A stretch of DNA of 64,000 nucleotides, taken from positions 53,258,001-53,322,000 of the forward strand of contig OX597825.1 in assembly GCA_951406725.2 (NCBI GenBank). Direction: 5' to 3'. This DNA is from Octopus vulgaris. Taxonomy: Eukaryota. The notes beneath the pieces were generated by a model that was given only the letters and a program-made list of their open reading frames with translations, had not been told where the DNA came from and made no database searches. The translations under genes and the position numbers were made by a program. Below are positions 26,405-40,009 of this stretch, piece by piece; position 1 is the stretch's first letter, and every line of letters begins with the position of its first letter.

Positions 26405-26620
26405 ATTGGTTTCCAAATTTGGCAGAAGGCCACGAAAACTGGAGAGAATGGAAATTGATTACTTCGAACTCAGAGCTCAGTTGACACTCGTTTTGTGGAG
26501 TACCGAAAAGATAAGCGGTAAAGATGGCCTTGGCGGAAGTTGAACTCAGAATGTAGAGTCAGACGAAATGCAACGAAACTTTCACCCTGTTTATTAAGCA
26601 CTCTGTCAGCCCATCGTCTT
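26405..26620 (-). mobile_element. Degenerate SINE family A
   Basis: ttggcggaagttgaactcagaatgtagagtcagacgaaatg and flanking family A-like sequence. Confidence 0.6.
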
Positions 26621-26739
26621 AGTACTGTAATATGTAATAATATTACTTGAAAATTGTTTTCCATACTTTTGGCAATATTAGCTTATATAATAACATTTTT
26701 CATTTTGAATACCTTTTGAAGAGATTAGCACCATGACAC

Positions 26740-27160
26740 TCGTTTTGATGAGTTCTATCATATGAGATAAACAAGAACAAAAAAATTTACACAAAAAGAA
26801 AATGTCTAAGTTTTGAATTTGGTTTCAGGCGTTACCACTCTTTTCAGCACGTTTGGCCTCAGTAGTTTTTTTATTTTAAATTTTTATATATATATAATTA
26901 GCATCATGGGGTTCATATAGTCGAGATCCATCAGAAAAGTTAAATTGAAATACAGTTTTCTCTTGAAAGAAGTATAATATTTGGAGTCAAAGTCGATTTC
27001 AGGCATTAATCTCCTTTCTTTCGTTGGTTTTTACCTCAGTAGGTTTCTTTCTACTAAATATTTTTGCATTTAACTAACATGGACAGATTCCTCTCATCGA
27101 GATCTATCATATAAGCTAAAATAAAATATAGATTTATTAAAAATTCGATTTCAGGCGTTA
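26740..27160. repeat. Degenerate tandem repeat, ~150-175-bp period
   Basis: tcgatttcaggc-like motif at ~26820, 26992 and 27144 (also 26123); gagatc(c/t)atca..aag.taaa at ~26922 and 27100. Confidence 0.55.
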
Positions 27161-27644
27161 TTTTGTAGCTGAAAATATAGCGTATTATGTGACTAAACGA
27201 AAAATGTGCACGTAATCTCATTTGGTTAAAAAACTGAGTTGAAACGAAGCCCAGAATTCGTCATGAGTGAGTTAATGTTGACCTTAAGAATATTATTCAC
27301 ACGGCAGACTTTGGACGTGTTGTCTGCCCCTCGCTATTTACTCGGTATCCTCTCCTATGCATCTCAGAACAATTTCATATCTGCTTTGGCAATTAAAGCC
27401 TATTATTTTGCCCCTGCTGAGATGATTCTGAAATACACCGTTGTTCGCTCCACTGTTTCGATGGTTTCCGCCGGGACACTTAAGTGGACTCAGGTTTGCT
27501 CTTGCTTGATGAACGTCCAGGCGTTGGCCAACTTTTCATCGTTATTTGTGAGGTTCGTGCTGAAGTATGGCTCTATTTTTTTGCTTGTGCTGCAGCGATG
27601 GTGTTCTCGTTGTTGGTAATGTTAGTAATACGGGTAATGTTCTG

Positions 27645-27645
27645 C

Positions 27646-27680
<35 letters not shown>

Positions 27681-27900
27681 GCTGCTGCTGCTGCTGCTGC
27701 TGATGCCGTTGTTGTTGTCATTGTCACTGGTGTTGATTTTGTTGTAGTAGTTAATGTTTTTATTGTTGACACATTTGCTATTCTTTTTGTTGTCATCGCT
27801 CTAGCTGTCTTTTGCGCTGTTGTTATTGCCACCACTACTACTACTGTTGCTGTCATTGATACCACTGCTGTTGTTGATGTTTCCACTGCTGTTACTACGA
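27645..27900. repeat. (GTT)n/(GCT)n/(ACT)n trinucleotide low-complexity tract
   Basis: Seen directly in sequence. Confidence 0.9.
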
Positions 27901-27996
27901 GGTGGACTTTGTACTTTTCCACTCTCACTTGTCCCCTCCCCTTCTGTATTGTTGTCAGTAACGGAGAGAAGGGGAGAAGCTTCAGAAGTCACCAGA

Positions 27997-29540
27997 TCCA
28001 GTCTCGGACATTTACCACCCTCATGGACAATAACTTCCCATGGGCAATAGCCCTCCCCCCATATACAATAACTCCTCCACCCCCAATAACAATTAGTCCT
28101 AAAGACAACAACCCACTAAAACAATTACCCGCTAGGACAATTACCCTTAAGCTGTTAACCTCTGATATGTACCGTATTTTCCGTTATTTTTTTTCCTGGG
28201 AAATTTACTGTGCGACTTAGAGACATGTGCGCCTAATGTGTGTATTTTTTGTAAGTTTCAGGAAGAAAATAATTTGTGTGTATACTGCTCCAGTACATTG
28301 GTGCCCAGAAGAAGACAAATCATATTTGTTTTGTTTTACATTTATGTTTTGATAATGTTATCTTTAATCTCAAAAAAACTTTAATATTGACAAAATGTGT
28401 TTGTTATTGATTGTAGTAAGATAAAATCATAACAATAACAATACATCGCATAGTTGTAAAAGAAGTATTTTGAAATTACACACACGTCCATATTCAAGTC
28501 ACTTCCCCAGATTTTTTCACAATTATGCACAATTCACGCACTGCTGCATGAACGTTCAGTGCCATTGATTTACGCTCTGTTACCTGATAAAAGCCAAACT
28601 ATTTACACAAATTTTCTGGAGCAGCTAAAATCATTGAAACAAGATTTAGCACCTAAATCTATCATGGTAGATTTTGAAAAGGTAGTGATTTATAGGTTAC
28701 ATTTGGTATTTACACAAGCCGAGATAAACGGTTGCTTTTTTTTTTCACTTCAGCCAAGAGGATAAAGAGCTTTCAATCTGTATGAGAATGATAGCTGTTT
28801 TAAGCTCTTGTTCCTACTTGTGGTGTTGAAAAATATTTTGAAACCATATATGAAATACTCACACCAGAAACATATCCCTTGTAAGATTGTTTTGAGGATG
28901 CATACTTAGGAAGACCATGTCGAAGAGGAAGACGGCGAGAATCAGTGCTTGTAATGGATCTATGGAATATGTACAACAGAAGGTCAGGTGAACTTCCAAG
29001 AACAAACAATGTTTTGGAAGGGTGGCACAGGAATTTTCTTTTATCAAATGCTGGTTGTTGCCACAGAAACACTTGGAAGTTTTTAAAATATATCATAAGA
29101 GAGCAAGCATTACAACACGTACTTATGACTCAATCCTTGACGGGTTTTGCTAAATAGCCATCTAGAAAGAAGAATTAACGCTATAGTTAGCAATTATGAA
29201 AACATAAATGTGATACAATATTTGTGGGGGATAAGGCAGAATCGTTAGCACGTCGGGCGAAATGCTAAGCGGTATTTCGTCTGTCTTTATTTTGTGTTAC
29301 AAGGTCGACTTTGCCTTTCATCCTTTCGAGGTCGATAAATTAATTACCAGAGTCGTACTGAAGTCGATCTAATCGACTAGCCCTCCCCCCAAAATTTCTA
29401 GCCTTGTGCCTAGAGTGGAAAAGAATATTTGTCAGGAATCGCGTATAATATGAACTTTTAGATGATGATATAAATCTTCTTAATTTGTTAGGGAGGGGGT
29501 AATTAACCAATTGGGGTATTTGTTCTTGGGCAATTTTCTT
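27997..29540 (+). mobile_element. MULE/Mutator-like transposon remnant with repetitive subterminal IRs
   Basis: FSQLCTIH..VPLIYALLPDKSQTIY..IMVDFE..INGCFF and LWNMY..LPRTNNVLEGWH..WKF; acaattaccc-type repeats at 28000-28150 mirrored by ggggtaatt/ggggcaatt at 29490-29540. Confidence 0.82.
29233..29425 (+). mobile_element. SINE family A inside the MULE remnant
   Basis: ggcagaatcgttagcacgtcgggcgaaatgctaagcggtatttcg..gcctttcatcctttcgaggtcgataaat. Confidence 0.9.
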
Positions 29541-29780
29541 TTTCTTCAACTCTTTCAAGATGTGTTCCACCATCGTGTTGAGTTGTAATTAGATTAAACG
29601 CCCACCGAACTGTTTTGGCAGGTCAAACAAATATAGAAAACCAGTAAGAAGTTCTCAGTGTTTCTATTGAGAATGTAAAACGAAATGAATAATGACATAT
29701 ATCACCAAACTGGTGGAAGTAAATGTTTGAAACTGAAGCAATCTGGAGCGTTTGAAAACAAATCGTATGTACTCTGCAGT

Positions 29781-30269
<489 letters not shown>

Positions 30270-30689
30270 TCTAGATACTGCTTAATACTGTTTTCATTAA
30301 ACTGAGTAATACCAGTTTTAGTGAAACTATTGAAAAACCTGGGGCTTGATTTTGTGTCAAAATTGGATGCGATACATATGCGATTATAATACGTGTTCAA
30401 AGATAACGACTTTAAATACCGAGCCTGTAACTGAAATCTTTGAACGGTGTTCCTCTGATCACATCTTACTTTTTGTTATAGCATAGGTAAATCTAAATTC
30501 TTTTGAGAATCTATTTATATTAAAAGGACGTGTTATCGCCAGTCAAAAGCTACCTTGTGTCCATCTGTAACACTGTTGCAATATATAGATATGTATTTAC
30601 ATAAATATACATATGCATATGTTGGTATTTATGAACGTTTCATTATATGTATTCAGGTATATGTGTGTGTATGTCCGTATATATTATAA

Positions 30690-31269
30690 TATATTAACAG
30701 AAACTTGTATCGATCAAAGCGTATTGAATGTCGTAAGCCACTCATGTTACAACTGAATAGCAGGAAAATATTGTAAATGGTATTACCAAAGATAAGAAAA
30801 CTGAAAAACATTTGCTTACAACATTTAATCAAAAAGCTTTGAATATTCATAAGAATTCCATCCAGCTACAGTTATAAACTCGCTGAGAAATATTGCTAAG
30901 TTACATTTCATATTCCGACGTTCGCTTATTTATTTTATCTTTGTATTTTGCTCTTTGTTTTTTTTTTCCAAGAAAGAATAGTGACATAAATAATAAATAA
31001 ATATAAAACGGAAAGTAAAATTAATTAAAAACAATAACAACAAATACTTCTTTTTCAGATTTCATCAATATAAATAATTCTGAATTTTTGGGTTAATCTT
31101 TTTGTTATCTTAACCAGTTTTCCTCAAGACATTGTATGGAAAATATTTACATATTCACATATAGATATAGATAAGGATGCCATAAAAAGAGACGCACACA
31201 TAGATACATAAGTATGTATGTTTGTATGTATGTATGTATATGTCTATATATACATATGTATATGTGTAT

Positions 31270-31335
<66 letters not shown>

Positions 31336-33195
31336 GTGTGTATGGTGACTGTCCACGCGTGACCATTGCCTACGGAAAGTACCACCAATGCCCGTCGTGA
31401 TATTGTTGCCCCCACAGTTGGGTTTACTCTGGTTCGCGTCCGCGGTTTCCATACTCGTCGTGTGGTGCTATCCTACTTAGCTGGGCATCTGGAAGTCACC
31501 TCGCTGGCAATTGCTCAGTCTTGAAATGTAGGTCCAATACGGTTTACACACCACTTTACAGATCCTCTCCATCCTTACATGACCCAGAGACAAGCCAAGG
31601 CAAGATATCCAGTGAAAATATGGATCACTGTCTCAAATATATAGGAGACCCATGGTCACATATGTCCAAACAGATTTCCAAAATTTTCAATTCAATTCCC
31701 TGCATATCCAGTCCCATATCAAAGTGGCCCACTCCGAGAGACTTGCTTTAAGAAAACCTGAGTGGATTCTCACTGCCAGTGGTCTTCCAGCACGCCAGAC
31801 AGCAACCCGGAATTTCTGACAGCACATGCAGCAGCAATATAATCTTTGAACCTACACTAGGTTCATCCGTCCCGTGTCGACGTATCCTATACGCCTACTT
31901 TAATTTATCTGCAGTTTTTATTTCTTTATCTGCTCGACAAAGATAATTTTCCTACCCGTCTTTGTACACCGGATCTTTCTGCCATGGATGAAGGAGTTGG
32001 ATAATATGTGTCGGGTTTATACGACAAATATTTGTTGGCTATTTATGTACGGTGTATGTGTGCTTGAGTGTATGTGTGCTTGAGTGTATGTGTGCTTGAG
32101 TGTATGTGTGTGTTTGAGTATGTATATACCTGTGTGTATAAATTGGGAAAATGTTTTATATATAATTAGAATAAGTATTTAAAGGAAGTAGAGAAAGTCT
32201 GATATATCCTCATAATCGTGGTTTACTACATGGCGTAGAAAATAATTAGTGACTTAAAATTTGCCGTTTATTTGAAAAAGATAAAGATTAAAAATTGCTA
32301 CAGAATCCCCTTTTCGAAATCGAAGTAATTTTTACAAATGTCCAAGGTGATTGTTACAGATATGATTCAGTTTTAATCTAGTTCGTGAAAAATTTGGAAA
32401 AAATAATGTTTTCCTTGTGCTAGATGATTTTAGAGTAGTTTTAGATTAAGAGTTTCGTGCCGAAACATACCCGTATATACCAGGCTTTGTGTGCCCGAAA
32501 TTCATAATTCTATCGTATGTCTGAAAATTTAGTGTTCTGTGGAATTATTAGTTGATATAGCTAAAATTATCGTCCCGATTCTCTGAGAGATGCTATTTGA
32601 CAGGTATATGTTTTGATTCCACCCTTGAGAGACAAACTTCTACTTAAGAAATTCTAATTGCATCAAGCACCACATCACCTCCTACAAGGTTTCTCTATGT
32701 ATGCTGTTAGTGTGTTTGTGTATACAGATATCTCTATATCTATATATCTTTCTCTATATATAAGTGGATATATAAATATTTCAACCTAATATTCCTTAAG
32801 GTTAGAATACTGTAGATAATATTAAGAACATATTTTCTTTAAAAAAAAACAACAGAAATATTATTTTGATGAAATATATTCACCATCTGGCATTTATTGG
32901 CCTTATAATTTTGTCATTTTTAGCTTCTGTGATAAGAGGAAGATAAAATGAATAATAATAACCCAAATATGAAATATTCTAAGTGGACAACATTTGTCAG
33001 CGAGATTATAACTGGAATTGGATGGAAGTCTTATGAATATTCAAATCTCTTTTGATTAAGTGTTGTAGGAAAATGTTTTCTGTATTCTTATCTTCAGTAA
33101 AGCCATTTACAATATTCTCCCACCAATTCCATTGTAGCTGGAGAGGCCAGCGACATGCAAGACATTACGTTAAATACCATTTTCTTGTAACATAT
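30690..33195. repeat. Diverged ~250-bp inverted repeats (30690-30942 / 32938-33195)
   Basis: ttgaatattcataagaattccatccagctacagttataaactcgctga vs tcagcgagattataactggaattggatggaagtcttatgaatattcaa. Confidence 0.8.
32052..32118. repeat. 16-bp minisatellite (gtgtatgtgtgcttga)x3-4
   Basis: Seen directly in sequence. Confidence 0.85.
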
Positions 33196-33224
33196 GTATG
33201 TGTATGCGTGTGTGTGTATTCTGT

Positions 33225-33575
33225 TACGTTTTCCAGTCATTTGATTGCGGCCATGATGTAGCACTGCCTTTAGTCGAACAAATCAACCCCAGGACGTATT
33301 CTTTGTTAGTCTAGTACTTATTCTATCGGTTTATTTTGCCGAACCGGTGAAAAATGGGGGATGTAAACACACCAGCATTGGTTGTAAAGCGATGATGAGG
33401 GCGACAAACACAGACACACAAACATATATACATACACACACACGTGCACACACACACGCGCACACATAAATATATACGACGGTCTTCTTTCAGTTTCCGT
33501 CTAACAAATCCACTCACAGGGCTTTGGTCGGCCCGAGACTATAGTTGAAGTCACTTGCTCAAGATGCCACGCACC
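33225..33575 (-). mobile_element. SINE family B copy
   Basis: cagtcatttgattgcggccatg..ttttgccgaaccg..ctttggtcggcccgagactatag..gatgccacgca. Confidence 0.88.
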
Positions 33576-33829
33576 TTATCTCTTTTTCGCTCTCTCTCTC
33601 TCTCTCTCCCCGTCTCTCTCTATCTCTATGCATATATATATAGTTTATGATTGGTAATGGTGTCAAGTAGATCCAAAGGTGTCAGGTAATGCTGAGTAAG
33701 GACTATGGACAGACTATAGTTAAGCTCCAGCTTCGGTGATTAGGATAATGAGGAGTTCAACGTAGCTCAAATATCAGCATGCTTATATATGAAAAATTAC
33801 CAGAAAGATCTCAGAACATATATAAATAG

Positions 33830-33876
33830 GTCTTACAAGTGTTTCCGGGATGCTTTATATACCCTTCATCGGAGAC
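33830..33876 (-). ncRNA. Minimal type I hammerhead variant (CCGAUGA core)
   Basis: Minus strand: GTCT-CCGATGA-AGGGTATATAAAGCATCCCG-GAAAC-ACTT-GTA-AGAC; stem I GTCT/AGAC. Confidence 0.6.
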
Positions 33877-34196
33877 GGTATTGGAAAATGGTTAAGCAAT
33901 AGTTTTTCTTGATAAGATATGAAATAGAGAATGAAATGGGGAAATGAAAATAGACGTGAGATATGCAGGGAGACTGCATCTGCAGTTCCATTATTTAGGC
34001 AGAATTGTATACATGTAAGATTCTTGTACTGACAAGATTCCTGGTACAGGAATCTTTTATGTATACCATTCTGCCTAAATAATCGAACTGCAGATACATT
34101 CTCCCTGCATATCTCACGTCTATTTTCATTCCTCCACTTCACTCTCTATTTCATATCTTATCTAGAATAACTATTGCTTAACCACTCTCTCACACC

Positions 34197-34243
34197 GTCT
34201 CCGATGAAGGGTATATAAAATATCCCGGAAACAGCGGTAAGAC
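34197..34243 (+). ncRNA. Minimal type I hammerhead variant (CCGAUGA core)
   Basis: GTCT-CCGATGA-AGGGTAT-ATAAA-ATATCCCG-GAAAC-AGCG-GTA-AGAC; stems I, II and III all form. Confidence 0.65.
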
Positions 34244-34978
34244 CTATTTATAAATGCTCTTAAATTTTTCACTGCCTTGGATTTTTATCGCATTCTGTTA
34301 ATTATATATATATGTGTGTCTGTGTGTGTGTGTGTATGTGTGTGTGTGTGTGCGCGCGTGCGTATAAATTCAAATATATATATATATACACATGAATATG
34401 AATTTGGAAATCGCAGAGAATTCATTATGATTCATCCAGACTGAATTCACTATTTTCTCCTGTAAGACTCCTTTCAAACAACATCTTGCTAGGTATACAC
34501 TGTTTGTAAAACACTGGCTGGATTAATTTGTGATTGGTGGGACCCATTACGTGAGTCTCTATCGTAACGAAAGCGATGCTGTTGTTACTAATAGATAAGT
34601 TCTGGCGAATGATTAACGGTAATATAACTTACATCCATATAGCAGAGTACAGTATTTGACTGTTTCTTGTTATAGAGAGATTACTATATCATATGACAAA
34701 AAGTACCATATACTCAAAATCAACTAGTATGTACTTCAAGGGACCTTGACAGAAATAAATAGAATTTTTTTCAGAAAGATGTAGTGGGTAAGTGTTACTA
34801 TATATAATGGGAGCACTGAAAACTAAAATTATAGGAGGCAGTAAGTAACAAAAAAAAAAATGCATGGAAAACAACATTAGAAGAATGAAAAGTGAATCGA
34901 CCTAGAAAGTGTCACATCTTGATCTTAGTTTCTTAAATGTATGCAAAATATTAAGGTATCAAATTATTTCATATTGAA

Positions 34979-35180
34979 GGCGGCGAACTGGCAGAATCAT
35001 TAGTACCCCGGGCAGAATAATTAGCGGCATTTCGTCCGTCTTTACGTTTCGAGTTCAAATTCCACTTTACATTTAATCGTTTCGAGATCGATAAAATAAG
35101 TACCAGTTGAACACTGGGGTCCATGTAATCGACTTATCACCTTCCCCGTAATTACTGGCCTTGTATCATTATTTAAAATG
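34979..35180 (+). mobile_element. SINE family A
   Basis: ggcggcgaactggcagaatcattag (A box)..gagttcaaattcc (B box)..gatcgataaaataagtaccag. Confidence 0.88.
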
Positions 35181-35662
35181 AAATTATTATGTATCATTTC
35201 TAAAAGGGAAATCTCTTACACATTGTGTGTAAAAACTGCTACTTCAAGACTTACGCTAACGATATTCAGACGAGAATATAATGATTGACGAATACATGAC
35301 TATTTAAGGTCAGCTAGAAGTTTTCATCTAAAAACAAGATTCTAACGATAATTGGTTTCGAGATCGCTGCTACCAAAGAGATGATTTGCTATGCGGATAT
35401 ATGATCTACCTTTCTGAAAATCGGTAAGTGCTGGAATTTCATATTTATTTTAAGATCGATCTTCATGCTTTAGTATTCTTTATCGCAAATTTCAATTAAA
35501 TTTGTGTCATTATGCCAAATGTATTTTGCATTTGCATAATGTAACTTTCACTGTATCTTTTAACAATTCTCGCTGCAAATTTTTGGCAAGTAATGTCAGA
35601 TATTTTTATATTTAAATGAAATCTGAATCATAAAACGAGAGTTTGTTCTCACAATTTTTGCT

Positions 35663-35716
<54 letters not shown>

Positions 35717-35762
35717 GTTAGCTGTTTATTGTATATAAATCGTGTGTGTGTGTGTGTAAACC

Positions 35763-35794
<32 letters not shown>

Positions 35795-35818
35795 TCTCGA
35801 TCTATCAATCTATCTACC

Positions 35819-35850
<32 letters not shown>

Positions 35851-35949
35851 TAAATATATATATATATACATACAGGCAATTATGCGGTTAAACAAATTAA
35901 ATATAACAATTTGAGTTCGACATACACAATATGTACACATGCAAAATGG

Positions 35950-36241
35950 CAGAAATCAAAACTGAAGACTTGCAGACGATGAATATTTAAGAATAATATA
36001 TAAATATTTATATTAATAGATCAAAACCTACAAAGAGTACAAACGCTTGAAACAGTTAAAGCGAGGGAGGAAGTTGGTACAAGTCTAAAAGCTCTTTCTG
36101 GGGACTCGGAGATCCATCATGACACCTTATTTCCTCCCTTGTAATGTCCGTGTCTTCTACACCCTGTGTAAGTTTGATTTATTAATACAAGTATCTATAT
36201 TTAATTATTCATCGTCTGAAAGACTTCACCCTTTGATTTCT
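35950..36241. repeat. Old imperfect foldback, ~130-bp arms
   Basis: agaaatcaaaactgaagacttgcagacgatgaat..gagggaggaa vs ttcctccctt..attcatcgtctgaaagacttcaccctttgatttct. Confidence 0.7.
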
Positions 36242-36497
36242 ATATATTCTGTATACCAAATCCAAGCTGTTAAACCTACATTCTTATCCCCATAATTGCC
36301 TCCTTATCGGCTCGATTTCATCGGTCTGATAGACATTGGTTTTCTCGCAGAATCGGTCCCTCGTAAAAACATCGGAGTGTAAGTTTGAATCGTTCGAGCG
36401 CTACTCTAAGTAATTTTTATACTGATTATCTCTGGATCTCATCGTTAAAGATATATATATATCACTTTAACAACATATACATACATATATATATATG

Positions 36498-36556
<59 letters not shown>

Positions 36557-37205
36557 TTACATATACATATATATATATACATATATGCACACTTATACAC
36601 TTGTGTATGCGTGTGTGTGTGAGAGTGTTTGTTTTCTCTTTATCCTGTGTATAAATTATATTCTCTAATGTTGGTAATGTTTTCACATTCCTAATTCTCC
36701 CCAACCATGCTCAGCAATGCATTAATATTTAATTATTTGATGATGCATTATTTTGTATATTTTTTATATTTAGATAATTAATAACTCATTGCTTTTTAAG
36801 GAGACAATGAATTTCCCGTTTCTTTAAAATATATATATCCAAGCAACACTAAATGATATAACACATATAACACTATGTTCTCTCTATACTCGGTTAAGCA
36901 TTACTTATCTATCCCCAGAATTGCACTTATCCATAACAAAGCAAATATTTTGCTGTTTAAATATAAGAACAGTTCACCGTTGACTTTCGACCGTTGTCTG
37001 TGCGTGTGTGTATATGTGTCAAAAATAAGTTATTATAATGGTAAATGCATGTATTATGATATATTAAATACTTTATAATAGAGGTGACTATAGCACTTAA
37101 AAAACAAAAAGGCAAAATACATAGCTAGAAATATAAATCGAATAACCACACAAAATCACCAGCCTCTTGACGTATACATACACATACGTACGTACATACA
37201 TAAAT

Positions 37206-37283
<78 letters not shown>

Positions 37284-37609
37284 GATATATGTTCATACAT
37301 ATGCATACACACAAACCCATCGACAAGGTTTGCCTTGTTTCTGTATTTGCTTAATTACCTCATTTTCTTTCTTCTTCTCATTTTAGTTTTAATGTCGGCA
37401 ACACAATTTCGTCTTGAACTAGTATGACGTAATCGTATATTGCCAAGCATTCGCCATTCAACGATCCATAATATGAAATTGGCATTCTGCGTCTTCTTCA
37501 CTTCTAATAACAAACAATAATTAGTCCCATGGCCTTCACATTTACATTAATGTCATACTTTTATACAATTCTTTGTCTTTGGTTTCTTCATCTTTTGACT
37601 TGTAATCCT

Positions 37610-38000
37610 ATACCACCTACACCACTACCACTTAAACAACAACAGCAACAAGAACTGTAGCAACAACAAAAAAAACAACAACAACTACTACTACTACTAC
37701 TACATTTACTGCAACCGCTTGCTGCTGTTGTGGTTACTAGTACTACAACTGCTGCATATGCTGCTACTACTAGCTGTTGCCCCTCGTACAACTACTCTTG
37801 CTACGCCACCACTCCTCCTTCTGTTAATACTATTAATACTTTTTCTACTGTTACAACTACTACTACTACTACTATTACTACTACTACTATTGATACTGTA
37901 TCTGCTTTTCTTTTTATTCTTGATACTATTATTATTGTTATTACTAATAATAATGATAATAATAATAATAACAATAACAATAATAATTATAATAATAATC

Positions 38001-38049
<49 letters not shown>

Positions 38050-38090
38050 TGATGATAATAATAATAATAATTATAATAATAATGATAATA
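37610..38090. repeat. (ACT/AAC)n and (AAT)n microsatellite tract
   Basis: Seen directly in sequence. Confidence 0.92.
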
Positions 38091-39449
38091 CTCTGTGTGT
38101 TTGTCTTAAGAAGCGATCTATTGCGTAGGATTGGCTGGAGAAGATATTAATCTGTCTGATTTTCAAAAATGTTGTACTCTTTGACATTTTCAAGGAAACT
38201 TTTACCAAATTTTTGATGTCACATTATATTATGGTGACTTTGAAAAGATGTTAGTTAGAGTTTTCCGATGTCAAAACGGAATTGGTAACCCTGTAGCTAT
38301 ATTTTAAATTTCTCTAAAACTTACTTTTCTATTGTTTTTGTTTTATTTTTTTGTTTTTGGCTAATTTTATATATTTTATTTTTTCTTTGAAATGTTATTC
38401 TACATTTCTTCTTTAGTCGTTCTTCACAAGAATGATTGATTAGAAGAGTTGTTGATTTAAACTTAAAATTGCCTCAAGTTATTGAAGTTTCATAGCAATT
38501 CAATGACTCTCATTCAAAGATATGCCAAAAATATAGCAATGTAAAATTATATCTGATCAAAACTGGTAACACCAAAAGAATTCGGTGAAAAGATAAATGT
38601 CTGCATTGCTCCAACTCGCCAGAGTGGGTACCTCAACATTTGTTTCACGGTTCCGATTTCGTGCTGTGAAACGGATGTGAAAGAATTATCCCACTGGACA
38701 TGATATTATTGTGCCAAATGTTACTTCTCCCAGATGCTCAACTGCTACACTTTGTTCGTGACATTTAGGTGTATAGAAGCAATATAGAATATAGTGTCAT
38801 TTCCAGAATAATTATATAACTGCTGAAAGGGATTAAAATGAAATAAAAAAATCATAAGTAGTTTAATAGGCTATCTGTTTAAAAGTTCCATCGATTAATT
38901 TGGCTACAATATTCATATTATTGTCAGAAATAGAATAAAAAATAAGATCCAATTTAAACAGATTCATGGATTTAAAATGTTGCTGTAGGATAAACAATGG
39001 TGAACAGCTCTCGTAATCTGGATGCCTCACTCAATCCCAAACTCCTATTAAAGACTCCCGTCACCACCACTGCCATTTGCACAATAACACGACCACCTAA
39101 ATCACTACCACTACCCTCGGTGCATACACACGCACACGCATAAATACACACACATATATACATATATATATGAATATATATTTACACACATATGTACATA
39201 TATATATAAATATATATTTACACATATATATTCATATATATTTGTATGTCTGTGGCTCTCTATATATACATGCAAAAACTATATTTCTTTTATAGTAATT
39301 TAAATATACTATAAATTAACTGTTATTATAATTAGTTATAATACGCATCGGTGCCGAGAGCCACATAAAAAGACACATGTTGATAGCATACAATCACGAC
39401 TCACACATGCAGGAATATCTATGTGTGTGTATAAACACACATACATATA

Positions 39450-39504
<55 letters not shown>

Positions 39505-39539
39505 TTGTATATGTGCATATGTATGTATATGTGTGAGTG

Positions 39540-39580
<41 letters not shown>

Positions 39581-39924
39581 ATATACATATATGAATACAC
39601 ACATATACGCACACATGTACATAGCAATGTTCAAATACACATTTATCGAATTTATTGCGGTCATAAAGCACAACTTTAATCTGCTGCGGTATTATGTGAA
39701 ATGAATTTTAATCAAGGATGGTGTTGATGGTCATTGCAGTGAGAGCGGCAATAAAACGACAATGTTTTATAAGTTGATAGCTGAGGATATAACAATTTTA
39801 TTGTTTCCAATATATTTTAACGTGACAATAGTTTAAGGTTTTCATTAAATTCGATCTCCGTATATATGCATATATCTATCTCTCTATCTCTCTATCTATC
39901 CATTAATCTTTATATCTATCTATC

Positions 39925-40009
<85 letters not shown>

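Larger units (their letters stand above)
33645..34300. mobile_element. Second palindromic Penelope-like element in (TA)n (arms ~33820-34045 / 34046-34257)
   Basis: Inverted arms roughly 90% identical by eye, centred on aagattcctggtacaggaatctt; hammerhead-like motif in each arm; (TA)n flanks. Confidence 0.72.

Noticed and set aside
26740-27160. Regularly spaced motif resembling a CRISPR array
   Set aside because: Eukaryotic context, degenerate repeats with related spacers, and no cas genes
27484-28220. 217-aa and overlapping hydrophobic ORFs
   Set aside because: Built from (GTT/GCT)n repeats and MULE subterminal repeats
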